NCBI GenBank assembly: GCA_963795085.1
Contig: CAWCFX010000002.1
Coordinates: forward strand, 160,001 to 224,000
Source of the DNA: an uncultured Gemmatimonadales bacterium
Lineage (GTDB): Bacteria; Gemmatimonadota; Gemmatimonadetes; Gemmatimonadales; GWC2-71-9
Length of the DNA: 64,000 nt
Direction of reading: 5' to 3'
A model generated the notes under the pieces. It was not told the DNA's origin. It worked only from the letters and a program-made list of their open reading frames with translations, and searched no databases. This document shows, in pieces, positions 9,387 to 19,514 of this stretch (position 1 is its first letter; every line of letters begins with the position of its first letter). The position numbers were made by a program, and so were the translations under genes.

Positions 9387-9857
9387 ATGAATATTCTCTT
9401 CGTCTGTACTGGGAATACTTGCCGGAGCCCGCTCGCGGAGGCCTTGATGCGCCGGGTCCTGGAGGAGCGCGGGGTTGCCGGGATCCGGGTCGGCTCCGCC
9501 GGGACCGGGGCTGCCCCCGGGTCCCCGGCGTCCGAAGGATCCTATCTCGTGGGACTGGAACACGGGCTCGACCTGTCCGCGCACCGCGCCCGGGTGCTCA
9601 CGCCGGACCTGGTGGACGTGTCCGATCTCGTCCTGACCATGAGCGCGCATCACCGGGACCAGGTGGCCGAACTGGGGGGTGCATCCAGGGTATTTCTGCT
9701 CGGTGCCTACGCCGGGCAGACCGGCGAGGATGCCGCGGTGAGCGATCCCTACGGAGCGTCCCTCGACGAGTATCGCCTGACCTACCAGACGCTGGACCGG
9801 CTGATCCGCGCGGCGGTGGACCGGCTCCAGGCGGAACGGCCCGATGATCAACGGTAA
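9387..9857 (+). CDS. Low-molecular-weight protein phosphatase, YwlE-like (arginine phosphatase type)
   Basis: MNILFVCTGNTCRSPLAE active-site loop, DPYG; true ATG lies inside ORF 8262..9857. Confidence 0.9.
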   Translation: MNILFVCTGNTCRSPLAEALMRRVLEERGVAGIRVGSAGTGAAPGSPASEGSYLVGLEHGLDLSAHRARVLTPDLVDVSDLVLTMSAHHRDQVAELGGASRVFLLGAYAGQTGEDAAVSDPYGASLDEYRLTYQTLDRLIRAAVDRLQAERPDDQR

Positions 9858-10653
9858 AACCCGGCTCTTCGTCCTCCTTGGCTCCCCGGTCGAACATTCG
9901 GTATCTCCCGCCATGCACACGGCGGCCTTTCGCGCCCTGGGGCTCAACGCGGCGTACCTGCCGTTCCGTTGCGACGCGGCCGATGTACCCCATCTCATTG
10001 GCGCGATCACCCGCGCCGGCGGGGGCGGCAATCTCACCGTGCCCCACAAGACGGTGGCCGTCTCCGCCCTGGACCGGGCGGAGCCCGGGGCTCTCCGCAC
10101 CGGCGCCTGCAATACGTTCTGGGGACATGAAGGCGCATCTCACGGCGACAACACGGATGTCGATGGCATCCTGGCGGCGCTGGACCGGCTGGATGCGCCC
10201 GCGAGCGGCTGGCTGGTGCTGGGTACCGGCGGATCAGCGCGGGCGGTCCTGGAAGCCGCGCGGCAACGGGGGGCCGCTGTGGCGGTCGAGTCGCGCTCGC
10301 CCGAGCGGCAATCCGAATTCGAAGCGAGGGCGGCCAGCCTCGGCGTGCCCCGCGCCGAGGCCGAGCGTTGCGAGGTGATCATCAATGCCACGCCGCTGGG
10401 TCTCAGCCTCGAGGATCCGTTGCCGCTGGTCCCGGCACGCGTGCCCGGGGCGGTGGTGGCGCTGGACCTGGTGTACGCCGCGACCGGAACCCGCTGGTCT
10501 CAAACGATGGCGGCCCGGGGGGTTCGCGCCGCCGATGGGCGGGAGGTGCTGGTGGCCCAGGGCGCAGCCTCGTTCCGGCGCTGGTTCCCCGGCGAGGATC
10601 CGCCGGTTGAAGTAATGCGCGCGGTTGTCGAGGCCCGGCTGCAACCGGATTAA
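9844..10653 (+). CDS. aroE: Shikimate dehydrogenase
   Basis: HSVSPAMH, NLTVPHK, GACNT, DNTDVDG, GTGGSAR, INATPLG. Confidence 0.95.
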   Translation: MINGKTRLFVLLGSPVEHSVSPAMHTAAFRALGLNAAYLPFRCDAADVPHLIGAITRAGGGGNLTVPHKTVAVSALDRAEPGALRTGACNTFWGHEGASHGDNTDVDGILAALDRLDAPASGWLVLGTGGSARAVLEAARQRGAAVAVESRSPERQSEFEARAASLGVPRAEAERCEVIINATPLGLSLEDPLPLVPARVPGAVVALDLVYAATGTRWSQTMAARGVRAADGREVLVAQGAASFRRWFPGEDPPVEVMRAVVEARLQPD

Positions 10654-10725
10654 GCCGCGTTTTTCCGCCGTGCTGTTGCAGGTTTTAGGTACCGGGGCTG
10701 GGCTGCATCGCTGGTAGGGTTGGGC

Positions 10726-11427
10726 ATGTCCTGGGCCGGGTTGCTGGAGGAGTGGCTGTTGCCGCGTGAATGCCTGCTGTGCCGGGCCACGCCGGCCGAT
10801 GGCATCGTCTGCAGGCTCTGCCGGCATCGCTGGGTGCGGCTGCCCGAGCCGTTGTGCGACCGCTGCGGCCAGCCCCGGGTGCTGACCGACCTGGCCTGCC
10901 GGTTGTGCGCCGAGTGGCCGCCCGACCTGGCCGGCGCCCGGAGCGCGGTCTGGCACGAGGGTGGTGCCCGGTCGGCGGTCCACCAGTTGAAGTACGAGGG
11001 CTGGTGGAGCGTGGCCACCGCGATGGCCGCGGCGATGACCCGGCTGGAGCCATTGACCGGGAGACTAGTTTTGGTGCCAGTCCCGCTGGCCGCCCGGCGA
11101 CGGCGCGAACGGGGGTACAACCAGAGCGAACACCTGGCCCGCGCCCTGGGTCACAGGGTGGGCCAACCGGTTCGCGCCGAGGCGCTCTCCCGGACCCGGG
11201 AAACTCCCAGCCAGACCGCACTCGCGCCGGATGCCCGGATGGCCAACGTGGCGGGGGCGTTTCGAGCCAGCAGTCTCCCGGGCGTCCGGGTGGTCCTGGT
11301 CGACGACGTGTTCACCACCGGCGCGACCCTGCTGGCCGCCGCCCATGCCGTGCGGCAGGCTGGGGCCAGCCGGGTCGAAGCGGTTACTTTTGCGAGGGCC
11401 AGACCAGCCATCGGCCACCAGCCATAG
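10726..11427 (+). CDS. comF: ComF family protein (double zinc ribbon + PRTase domain)
   Basis: CLLC..CRLC..CDRC..CRLC, VPVPL, RGYNQ, VLVDDVFTTGAT; start could be TTG 10720. Confidence 0.92.
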   Translation: MSWAGLLEEWLLPRECLLCRATPADGIVCRLCRHRWVRLPEPLCDRCGQPRVLTDLACRLCAEWPPDLAGARSAVWHEGGARSAVHQLKYEGWWSVATAMAAAMTRLEPLTGRLVLVPVPLAARRRRERGYNQSEHLARALGHRVGQPVRAEALSRTRETPSQTALAPDARMANVAGAFRASSLPGVRVVLVDDVFTTGATLLAAAHAVRQAGASRVEAVTFARARPAIGHQP

Positions 11428-11460
11428 AGATTCGGCTGGCGGTCATATCGTCATCATTGA

Positions 11461-12495
<1,035 letters not shown>

Positions 12496-12577
12496 GATAC
12501 CTGGCATCGGCGATTGGTCATTGGAGAATGGCTGGTACATTCATCCAATGGCTGCTGACTCATCACCAGTCGAGATC

Positions 12578-13768
12578 ATGAAACGCTCCCTCAAGTCTCT
12601 GCAGCCCGGATCCCTCGACGGGCAGCGCGCGCTGGTCCGGGTGGATTTCAACGTGCCGGTCAAGGACGGCGCCGTCACCGATGCCACCCGGATCAAGGCC
12701 TCGCTTCCCACCATCGAGTACCTGCGGGGCCATGGGGCCCGGGTGATCCTGCTGAGCCACCTGGGGCGGCCCAAGAGCGGGCCCGATCCGAAGTATTCGC
12801 TGGCGCCGGTGGTGCGGGAGCTGGAAAAGCTGCTGGGTGCGCCGGTCAAGTTCATCGCCGACCCGGCGGCCGCCGAGTCCGTCACCGCGACGAAGCGATT
12901 GCCCCGGGGCGGCGTTGCGGTGGTCGAGAACACCCGGTTCTGGCCCGGCGAGGAGAAGAACGACGCCGAAGTCGCGGCGATGTTCGCCGCGCTGGGCGAC
13001 ATCTATGTGAACGATGCCTTCGGGTCCGCCCACCGGGCCCACGCCAGCACCGAGGCGGTGGCCCGGCTCATCAAGCCGGCAGTGAGCGGGTTCCTGATGG
13101 ACAAGGAGCTGGAGTACCTGGGTGGCGCGCTGGAAAATCCCCGGCGGCCGTTCATTGCCGTGCTGGGCGGCGCCAAGATCTCCGGGAAGATCGACCTGGT
13201 CGAAGCCCTGCTGCCCAAGGTCGATGCCATTCTGATTGGCGGCGCCATGGCCAACACGTTTCTCAAGGCCATGGGCCTGGAGACCGGGACGTCGCTGGTG
13301 GAAGACGACCGGGTGGAAATGGCCCGCCAGCTGATGGACCGGGCCGGGAAGAAACTGGTCCTGCCGACCGGTGGGGTGGTCGCGGAGGAACTGAAGACCG
13401 GGGCCGGGACGCTGACCGTCCAGCGGGACCAGATTCCCGCCGGCTACGCCATGTACGATATCGACCCGGCCACCGAGAAGGAGTTTGGCCGGCGGATCGC
13501 CGAAGCGAAGACGGTGATCTGGAACGGCCCGATGGGCGTCTTCGAGACTCCCCCGTTCGACCACGGCACCCGGGCGATCGCCAGGGCGATGGCCCTGGCG
13601 TCGGAAGCGGGGGCGGTCACCATCGTGGGTGGCGGCGATTCGGCGGCGGCCGTGGCGGAGGCCGGCCTGGCGGAAAAGATGAGTCACGTGTCCACCGGTG
13701 GGGGCGCCTCGCTCGAGTTCCTGGAAGGGAAAGACCTGCCCGGCGTCGCGGCGCTGGACCAGGCCTGA
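12578..13768 (+). CDS. pgk: Phosphoglycerate kinase
   Basis: [45 protein letters not shown]. Confidence 0.99.
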   Translation: MKRSLKSLQPGSLDGQRALVRVDFNVPVKDGAVTDATRIKASLPTIEYLRGHGARVILLSHLGRPKSGPDPKYSLAPVVRELEKLLGAPVKFIADPAAAESVTATKRLPRGGVAVVENTRFWPGEEKNDAEVAAMFAALGDIYVNDAFGSAHRAHASTEAVARLIKPAVSGFLMDKELEYLGGALENPRRPFIAVLGGAKISGKIDLVEALLPKVDAILIGGAMANTFLKAMGLETGTSLVEDDRVEMARQLMDRAGKKLVLPTGGVVAEELKTGAGTLTVQRDQIPAGYAMYDIDPATEKEFGRRIAEAKTVIWNGPMGVFETPPFDHGTRAIARAMALASEAGAVTIVGGGDSAAAVAEAGLAEKMSHVSTGGGASLEFLEGKDLPGVAALDQA

Positions 13769-13831
13769 TGCTGCCTGACCGGCGGGCTGACCCGCAGGTT
13801 CAATGACCGGGGTGACGCCTCGGACCCCGCG

Positions 13832-14404
13832 TCAGGCGGGAGCGATCGGCCGTACGACAATACCCCCGCCATAGCGCAGGTGCGGACAGCGGCGGGCGAT
13901 GTCGAGCGCCCGCTCCAGGCTTTCCGCGGCAATGACGAACAGGCCGGTCACCCGGTCGGCCGCCCCCGGTCCCACCTCCCCCAACGGATAGCTGGCCTGG
14001 TCCAGTTCTTCTCCCACGACCAGGCTGCCGGTTCCCGCGAGCTCTCCCGCCCACGCCGCGTACTCGGCGACCAGGGAGTCGTGCCCGACCGTGGCGGTCC
14101 CGGAAAACGTAGAATCCTCCAGCAACAGCAAGGCATAGCGCGGCAACGGCGGTTCACCAGTCCCGGTATCCGGCCGTGCTCCCCAAAACGCGCCGGCCAG
14201 GAACAGGACGACGGTCGCGGCAATCAGCCGGAGGGTTCTGAGCAGGCTTCCGCTTGGGCCGCCGGACCGAAGCAGCCGGGCAGCCCGCAGCGCCGTGACG
14301 GTGCGGTCCTGCGTTCTCTTTTCCACGGGGTCTTCCCGGGTCAGCGGGTCGAATCGTTCCCGCCAGGCGGCGTCGTGCCGCTGGTCTCGGTCAGGTCCGG
14401 ACAT
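13832..14404 (-). CDS. Single-TM protein with C-terminal YCII-like domain; putative anti-sigma partner
   Basis: TM segment LIAATVVLFLAGAFWG; C-terminus YALLL...GEEL...VTGLFVIAAESLERALDIARRCPHLRYGGGIVVRPI; overlaps the ECF gene. Confidence 0.7.
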   Translation of the reverse strand: MSGPDRDQRHDAAWRERFDPLTREDPVEKRTQDRTVTALRAARLLRSGGPSGSLLRTLRLIAATVVLFLAGAFWGARPDTGTGEPPLPRYALLLLEDSTFSGTATVGHDSLVAEYAAWAGELAGTGSLVVGEELDQASYPLGEVGPGAADRVTGLFVIAAESLERALDIARRCPHLRYGGGIVVRPIAPA

Positions 14405-14939
14405 AGGGCGGGCTCTTTCGTTGATGACTCAGGAACCGGACCACCGCCCGGCGGGCGCGGCAGAGCTGGCTCTTTGAGGTGCCGATGGTGATCGAGAGGA
14501 ACCCGGCGATCTCCTCGTGGGTGTATCCCTCCACGTCGTGCAGCAGCAGGACTGTCCGGCCGCCAGGTGGCAGGCTTGCCAGGGCCCGTTCGAGGTCGAG
14601 CCGATCGCCGATTTCCGGTGGCGGAGGCCATTCTTCCTCGGCGACGTTCAACTCGATGAACGCGGCACGCTCCCGCTCTCGGTACTCCTCCCGGACCAGA
14701 TTTACGAGGATCCCGCTCAGCCAGGTAATCAGTGACGACCGCCACTCGAATTCCGCGAACCGGGCCACCGCCCGCACCCAGGCGTCCTGCACGAGTTCGT
14801 CGGGATCGGAGCGGCCCTGCCCCAGGTTCCGCGCCATGCGGACGAGCCGTGGCGTGTGCCGCTCGTGCAGGTGACGAAACGCTGATTCGTCCCCTCGCTC
14901 CACCACCCTGGCGACCAGTTCACGATCGGTGAGGTCCAT
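14391..14939 (-). CDS. ECF RNA polymerase sigma factor
   Basis: Region 2 DELVQDAW...WLSGILVN; region 4 LLLHDVEGYTHEEIAGFLSITIGTSKSQLCRAR. Confidence 0.95.
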   Translation of the reverse strand: MDLTDRELVARVVERGDESAFRHLHERHTPRLVRMARNLGQGRSDPDELVQDAWVRAVARFAEFEWRSSLITWLSGILVNLVREEYRERERAAFIELNVAEEEWPPPPEIGDRLDLERALASLPPGGRTVLLLHDVEGYTHEEIAGFLSITIGTSKSQLCRARRAVVRFLSHQRKSPPYVRT

Positions 14940-14942
14940 GGT

Positions 14943-15608
14943 TCAGGGGCCGCACCCGGCCGGCGCCCGGGGAGTGACGAAGTCCTGGACCGGGATCATG
15001 ATGTTGGCTTCCGGGGTGCCGGGATTCACTACGACTCCCGCTTTCAGGTCGGGTCCCTCCGCCATGCCGATCCCTTCGTTTGTGAGGTAGGGGAAATAGA
15101 TCATGAGGTGCGCCCGCCATTTTCCAACGGGCCGGCCCTCGTCGCTGATCAACCGCTGCGCGCAGGACATCATGTAGGAGAGTGCCGGCCTGGCAGGCAG
15201 GCGGTAACGGCCGGTAATGATCCCCTCGGCGATCTCCCGCTCGACCTTGTCCATGGTGTCACCGGCGGCCAGCATCTCCACTCTCCGCATCTCCATGGGG
15301 AGAATCGTCACCGCTCCCTCCGCGTCAAAGCATTGCGGTTCCAGGCTCTCGGGCCAGCTGCGGCTGACGTAGCAGGCAGCCCCCGTCCGTCCCGAATCGG
15401 CGACGACGTAGCCCCGGGCCGTCAGCACAAACACCCTCGCACTGGCGGTGACCGTCGCCGGACCCGCGCTCCGCGCGAGAGCGATTTCCTGGTCCCGGGG
15501 AAGCAAGGCGCGCGGGCCGCTCTTGCCGGCGCCCCGGGCCTGGGCGGTCAGGACGCCCGGGAGAAAGAGAAATACGAGTGTAAGGACGACGGACGGCCAG
15601 CGCGCCAT
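14943..15608 (-). CDS. Exported hypothetical protein
   Basis: Signal peptide MARWPSVVLTLVFLFLPGVLTA-Q; AGGAGGT RBS; EIALARSAGP, two Cys (ACYV, PQCFD), YMMS, HLMIY. Confidence 0.75.
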   Translation of the reverse strand: MARWPSVVLTLVFLFLPGVLTAQARGAGKSGPRALLPRDQEIALARSAGPATVTASARVFVLTARGYVVADSGRTGAACYVSRSWPESLEPQCFDAEGAVTILPMEMRRVEMLAAGDTMDKVEREIAEGIITGRYRLPARPALSYMMSCAQRLISDEGRPVGKWRAHLMIYFPYLTNEGIGMAEGPDLKAGVVVNPGTPEANIMIPVQDFVTPRAPAGCGP

Positions 15609-15710
15609 GGCGTACCTCCTGGATCAAACGGGAAAGACTGTTGGTACCCTACAGTGACCTGGGCAGTGCCCAGGGTTGCATGCCGCCGGGGAGTGCGGTT
15701 TCTTCCTGTC

Positions 15711-16457
15711 ATGCGCAGCCTCCTCTTTGCCGCCAACTGGAAGATGAACATCGGCCCCGACGACGCCCGGGACTACGCCCGCCGGTTTACCGCGCTGGTC
15801 GAGCCCCGGGACGGGCGGGACCTGTGGTTTTACCCGCCGACGGTATCCCTGGAGGCCACCGCCCTGGCGATGCAGGGGCGGCCGGACACCCGGGTCGGAG
15901 CCCAGAACATCTACTGGGAGCCCAAGGGCGCCTTCACCGGCTCGACATCGGTGGCGCTGGCGCAGGCGGCCGGCGCCACCACCGTGCTGGTCGGTCATTC
16001 CGAGCGCCGCCACGTGTTCGGCGAAACCGAGGGCGACACCGCCAAGAAGGTCCATGCCGCGCTCGCCGGCGAACTCACGCCGGTGCTGTGTGTCGGGGAA
16101 AAGCTGGACGAGCGGGAGCGCGGCGAGACCCTCACGGTGGTCCTTCGGCAGCTCGGCTCCGCCTGTGCCACCCTGCCGGAGGAACAGCTCCGGCAGGTGG
16201 TTATCGCCTATGAGCCGGTATGGGCCATCGGTACCGGCAAGAACGCGACCCCGGCAGACGCCGCCGAAGTGCACCGGGCCATCCGGAGCGAACTGGCCAG
16301 TCGGGGCCACCCCGCGCCGCGGATTCTCTACGGCGGAAGCGTGAACGAGAAGAACATCGGCGGGTTGTTGGGCGAATCCGAGATTGACGGCGTGCTGGTA
16401 GGCGGCGCCAGCCTGGACCCGGAGGGCTGGGCCCGAATCGTGGAGGCCGGCCGCTAG
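15711..16457 (+). CDS. tpiA: Triosephosphate isomerase
   Basis: ANWKMN, GHSERR, AYEPVWAIGTG, YGGSV, LVGGASL. Confidence 0.99.
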   Translation: MRSLLFAANWKMNIGPDDARDYARRFTALVEPRDGRDLWFYPPTVSLEATALAMQGRPDTRVGAQNIYWEPKGAFTGSTSVALAQAAGATTVLVGHSERRHVFGETEGDTAKKVHAALAGELTPVLCVGEKLDERERGETLTVVLRQLGSACATLPEEQLRQVVIAYEPVWAIGTGKNATPADAAEVHRAIRSELASRGHPAPRILYGGSVNEKNIGGLLGESEIDGVLVGGASLDPEGWARIVEAGR

Positions 16458-16707
16458 CGCCGGCACGACATCCGCCTCCGCTACCTCCAGTGGCTGAGTT
16501 CGATATCACCAGTTCGAACTGCAGGCCCGCCAGGTTCTGATCGATGTCGCGGTGGTGAATGCTGACCGCGAATACCGGGAACCTCGGGCTGCAGGCCAGG
16601 CGGCCATCAACTTCGTCGTTATGATTGCCGGACTGGCGGGAGGCTCCTGACCATGGACACAGGTGGGTCGAGTGCCATTGCGCCGCGGTCCTGCCCAAAC
16701 TCGATAG

Positions 16708-16736
16708 TTGACCTAACCCCGCCTACCTGCTACACT
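16708..16736 (+). promoter_or_regulatory. Sigma70-type promoter for secG-carA
   Basis: TTGACC-N17-TACACT with TG extended -10. Confidence 0.65.
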
Positions 16737-16773
16737 TCCGCCCGTCGAACTCGACCCAATTCTCAGGGCACGC

Positions 16774-17157
16774 ATGTACACGTTCCTCCTCATTCTGCTC
16801 ATCATTGACGCCATCTTGCTGGGCGTCGTCGTTCTGCTGCAGGCCGGGCAGGGCGGCGGTCTCGCCTCGCTCGGCGGCGGCACCACCGATATGGTCATGG
16901 GCGGCCGCCAGGCGGTCACCTTCCTGACTACGGCAACCTGGTGGACGGGCGGCATCTTTCTCTTTCTCTCGCTGATCCTGTCGGTGGTCCAAGCCAACCG
17001 GAGCGGGGGAAATTCCGAGGTACAGCAGCGCCTCCGGCAGGGCACCGCGCCCGTGGAGACCTCCCCGCTGCCGCTGGACGGTCCGGCGTCGCCTCTGACC
17101 AACAGCCCGCTGGAGCAGCAGCCCGCGCCGGCGACGGCGGTTCCCGACTCGAATTGA
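16774..17157 (+). CDS. secG: Preprotein translocase subunit SecG
   Basis: VLLQAGQGGGLASLGG, two TM helices; tpiA-secG synteny. Confidence 0.93.
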   Translation: MYTFLLILLIIDAILLGVVVLLQAGQGGGLASLGGGTTDMVMGGRQAVTFLTTATWWTGGIFLFLSLILSVVQANRSGGNSEVQQRLRQGTAPVETSPLPLDGPASPLTNSPLEQQPAPATAVPDSN

Positions 17158-17191
17158 ACCGCGCACCCGACCTGACCCGCGGGGAGGCCGG

Positions 17192-18307
17192 ATGACCGGC
17201 CGCCCCGCGTTTGTTTTGCTGGAGGACGGCACCTGGTACGCCGGGACCATGCCGGTCCCCGCGTCGCCCGCCTTTGGCGAGGTGGTGTTCACCACCAACC
17301 TGAGCGGTTACCAGGAGACGTTCACCGATCCCAGCTACCTCGGCCAGATCGTGGTGATGACGGCGCCCATGATCGGCAACTACGGGATCAATCCCGAGGA
17401 CATGGAGTCCGATGAGCCCCAGGTGAGCGGAGTCGTGGTCCGCGAGCTGGCCCGGCGCGCCTCCAACTGGCGCTCCCGGATGGAACTGGGCGCCTGGCTT
17501 GCCGAGCACAAGGTTCCGCTGATCGAAGGCGTGGACACCCGGAGGCTGACCAGGCATATCCGGGAGCGGGGTGCCATGCGCGGAGTGATCGCCGAGGGTG
17601 AGAAGCCGGGCGATGACCTCACAGCGCGGCTCCTGTCCTCTCCGTCCATGAACGGCCTCGACCTGGCCTCCAGGGCCACGGTGGACAAGCCCCACAGCGA
17701 AGGCGCCGGGCCCCACGTGGTCGCCATCGATTACGGCATGAAGCGCAACATCGTCCGCATGATGGTGGACCTGGGGCTCAAGGTGACGGTGGTCCCCGCT
17801 ACCACCCGGGCGGAGCAGATCCAGGCGCTCAAGCCTGACGGGCTGTTCCTGTCCAATGGCCCCGGGGACCCGGCGGCCGTCGGCTATGCCTTCAGCACCA
17901 TTCGGGACCTGGCCGAGAGCGGCTTGCCCACGTTCGGCATCTGCCTGGGGCATCAGTTGCTGGGACTCAGTTTCGGGGGCCGGACGGTCAAGCTGCCATA
18001 CGGGCACCGGGGCGGCAATCACCCGGTCCGCGACCTCGTCACCGGAAAGGTGCTCATAACCTCGCAGAACCACGGATTTGCGGTCGAAGGGGCAGGGACC
18101 AGTGTTCCAGGGGCTCCTGACCTCGAAATTACCCACCTCAATCTCAACGATGGAACGGTGGAAGGCTTGCGGCATCGGGAGTTACCGGTTTTCGCCGTAC
18201 AATACCATCCGGAGGCCTCCCCGGGCCCGCACGATGCCTACCCTCACTTCGAGGAATTCCTGGGGATTTTGCGGACCGGGCTGGGGTCAAAAGCCCCAAC
18301 CCCTTGA
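17192..18307 (+). CDS. carA: Carbamoyl-phosphate synthase small subunit
   Basis: GEVVFTT..GYQE..TDPSY.GQI, LSNGPGDP, GICLGHQ, QYHPEASPGPHD. Confidence 0.98.
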   Translation: MTGRPAFVLLEDGTWYAGTMPVPASPAFGEVVFTTNLSGYQETFTDPSYLGQIVVMTAPMIGNYGINPEDMESDEPQVSGVVVRELARRASNWRSRMELGAWLAEHKVPLIEGVDTRRLTRHIRERGAMRGVIAEGEKPGDDLTARLLSSPSMNGLDLASRATVDKPHSEGAGPHVVAIDYGMKRNIVRMMVDLGLKVTVVPATTRAEQIQALKPDGLFLSNGPGDPAAVGYAFSTIRDLAESGLPTFGICLGHQLLGLSFGGRTVKLPYGHRGGNHPVRDLVTGKVLITSQNHGFAVEGAGTSVPGAPDLEITHLNLNDGTVEGLRHRELPVFAVQYHPEASPGPHDAYPHFEEFLGILRTGLGSKAPTP

Positions 18308-18332
18308 CAGGCAACACTTAAGCTCGTAGCAT
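18304..18332 (+). promoter_or_regulatory. Sigma70-type promoter for the HU/IHF gene
   Basis: TTGACA-N17-TAGCAT. Confidence 0.65.
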
Positions 18333-18388
18333 CATCTCTGGGTAACCTCTCCGCGAGGGCCCTTTTGGTATGACCTCCAGGGGGATTG

Positions 18389-18709
18389 ATGACCAAAGCT
18401 GATCTCGTGGAGCAGGTCACCGCTTCCATCGCCCGAACCTCGGGTCCGATGATCTCCAAGAAGGACTGTGCCCGCGTCGTCGACGCCTTCCTTGATGCCA
18501 TCAAGGATGCGCTTAAAGCACAGCACAACATCGAGGTGCGTGGCTTTGGCACCTTCAAGATCCGGAAGAGAAAGACCCGGATGGCGCGCAACCCCCGCAC
18601 CGGCGAGCCGGTCGAGGTAGCTGCCCGCCCCGTCCCGGTCTTCAAGCCCAGCAAAGAGTTACGGGCTCTCGTCGCGGAAGAAGAAACACCGGCCGAACCC
18701 CCGGTCTGA
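18389..18709 (+). CDS. HU/IHF family DNA-binding protein
   Basis: MTKADLV, EVRGFGTF, ARNPRTGE, PVFKPSKELR. Confidence 0.96.
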   Translation: MTKADLVEQVTASIARTSGPMISKKDCARVVDAFLDAIKDALKAQHNIEVRGFGTFKIRKRKTRMARNPRTGEPVEVAARPVPVFKPSKELRALVAEEETPAEPPV

Positions 18710-18732
18710 CGCGGCAGCGTTCGCGAGTCCCC

Positions 18733-18759
18733 CAAGAGGGCCGCCCTGCGGCCCTCTTG
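18733..18759. terminator. Probable intrinsic terminator hairpin after HU
   Basis: Perfect 12-bp stem CAAGAGGGCCGC-CCT-GCGGCCCTCTTG; U-tail weak. Confidence 0.65.
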
Positions 18760-18773
18760 TCATATATTCAGGC

Positions 18774-19040
18774 ATGAACCAGGCACCTTCCACCGTCACG
18801 CTGACCGTTCAGTTTCTCGCCCGCTACGCCGAGCTGGTAGGCCAGGACACCGCCGAGATCACCCTGCGGTCGCCGGCCACGGTGGGCCATGTTCTCGGCG
18901 CGGTACGGAGCCAGTATCCGGGAGCGCGGCAATTGCCCTCCAATCCGTTCTGCGCGTTGAACCTGGCCCAGGTGGACTTGTCAGCACCGGTTGCCGACGG
19001 AGACCAGTTGGCGTTTCTCCCCCCGGTGGCCGGCGGATGA
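18774..19040 (+). CDS. moaD: Molybdopterin synthase sulfur carrier subunit
   Basis: FLARYAE, C-terminal FLPPVAGG. Confidence 0.93.
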   Translation: MNQAPSTVTLTVQFLARYAELVGQDTAEITLRSPATVGHVLGAVRSQYPGARQLPSNPFCALNLAQVDLSAPVADGDQLAFLPPVAGG

Positions 19041-19492
19041 ATTCCCGCTTTCTCACCGAGCGTCCTGTTGACCTGGCCTCCCTGATCGAGCGGGTCGAGG
19101 CGGACGAGCGCGGCGGGATCGCGGTGTTCCTCGGCACCGTGCGAAACCACCATGCGGGCCGGGAGGTCGAGCGGCTCGAGTACAGCGCATACGGCCCCAT
19201 GGCGGAGGCCGAGTGCGCCCGGATCGTGGCCGAAGCGGAACGGACCTGGGGTGCCGTAGTCGCGCTGGCGCACCGGATCGGGGCCCTCGGCATCGGCGAT
19301 GTGTCGGTGGCGATCGCCGCGGCCGCACCCCACCGCGATGAAGCGTTCGCGGCGTGCCGGTACGTCATCGAGGAACTGAAGCGCCGGGTCCCGATCTGGA
19401 AGCGGGAGTACTACGCCGATGGGTCGGTGGCCTGGGTGGACCCGACGGCGGAAGGCGGGATCTACCCGTCGGAAAGTTCCCGGAGTTCGTGA
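19037..19492 (+). CDS. moaE: Molybdopterin synthase catalytic subunit
   Basis: FLGTVRN, LEYSAY, HRIG, PHRDEAF, VPIWKRE. Confidence 0.96.
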   Translation: MNSRFLTERPVDLASLIERVEADERGGIAVFLGTVRNHHAGREVERLEYSAYGPMAEAECARIVAEAERTWGAVVALAHRIGALGIGDVSVAIAAAAPHRDEAFAACRYVIEELKRRVPIWKREYYADGSVAWVDPTAEGGIYPSESSRSS

Positions 19493-19514
19493 TGCACAAC
19501 CAGGTTTTGGATCT

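Noticed and set aside
16458..16700. Possible gene remnant or ncRNA between tpiA and the secG promoter
   Set aside because: Coding-like composition, but no convincing start, RBS, family motif or RNA structure that I could recognise.
17158..17191. tRNA-Leu often found after secG
   Set aside because: The gap is only 34 nt; no tRNA was recognised here or elsewhere in the window.
17192..18307. carA without carB (and moaA without moaC) as an anomaly
   Set aside because: Split operons are common; the partners are probably elsewhere in the genome.
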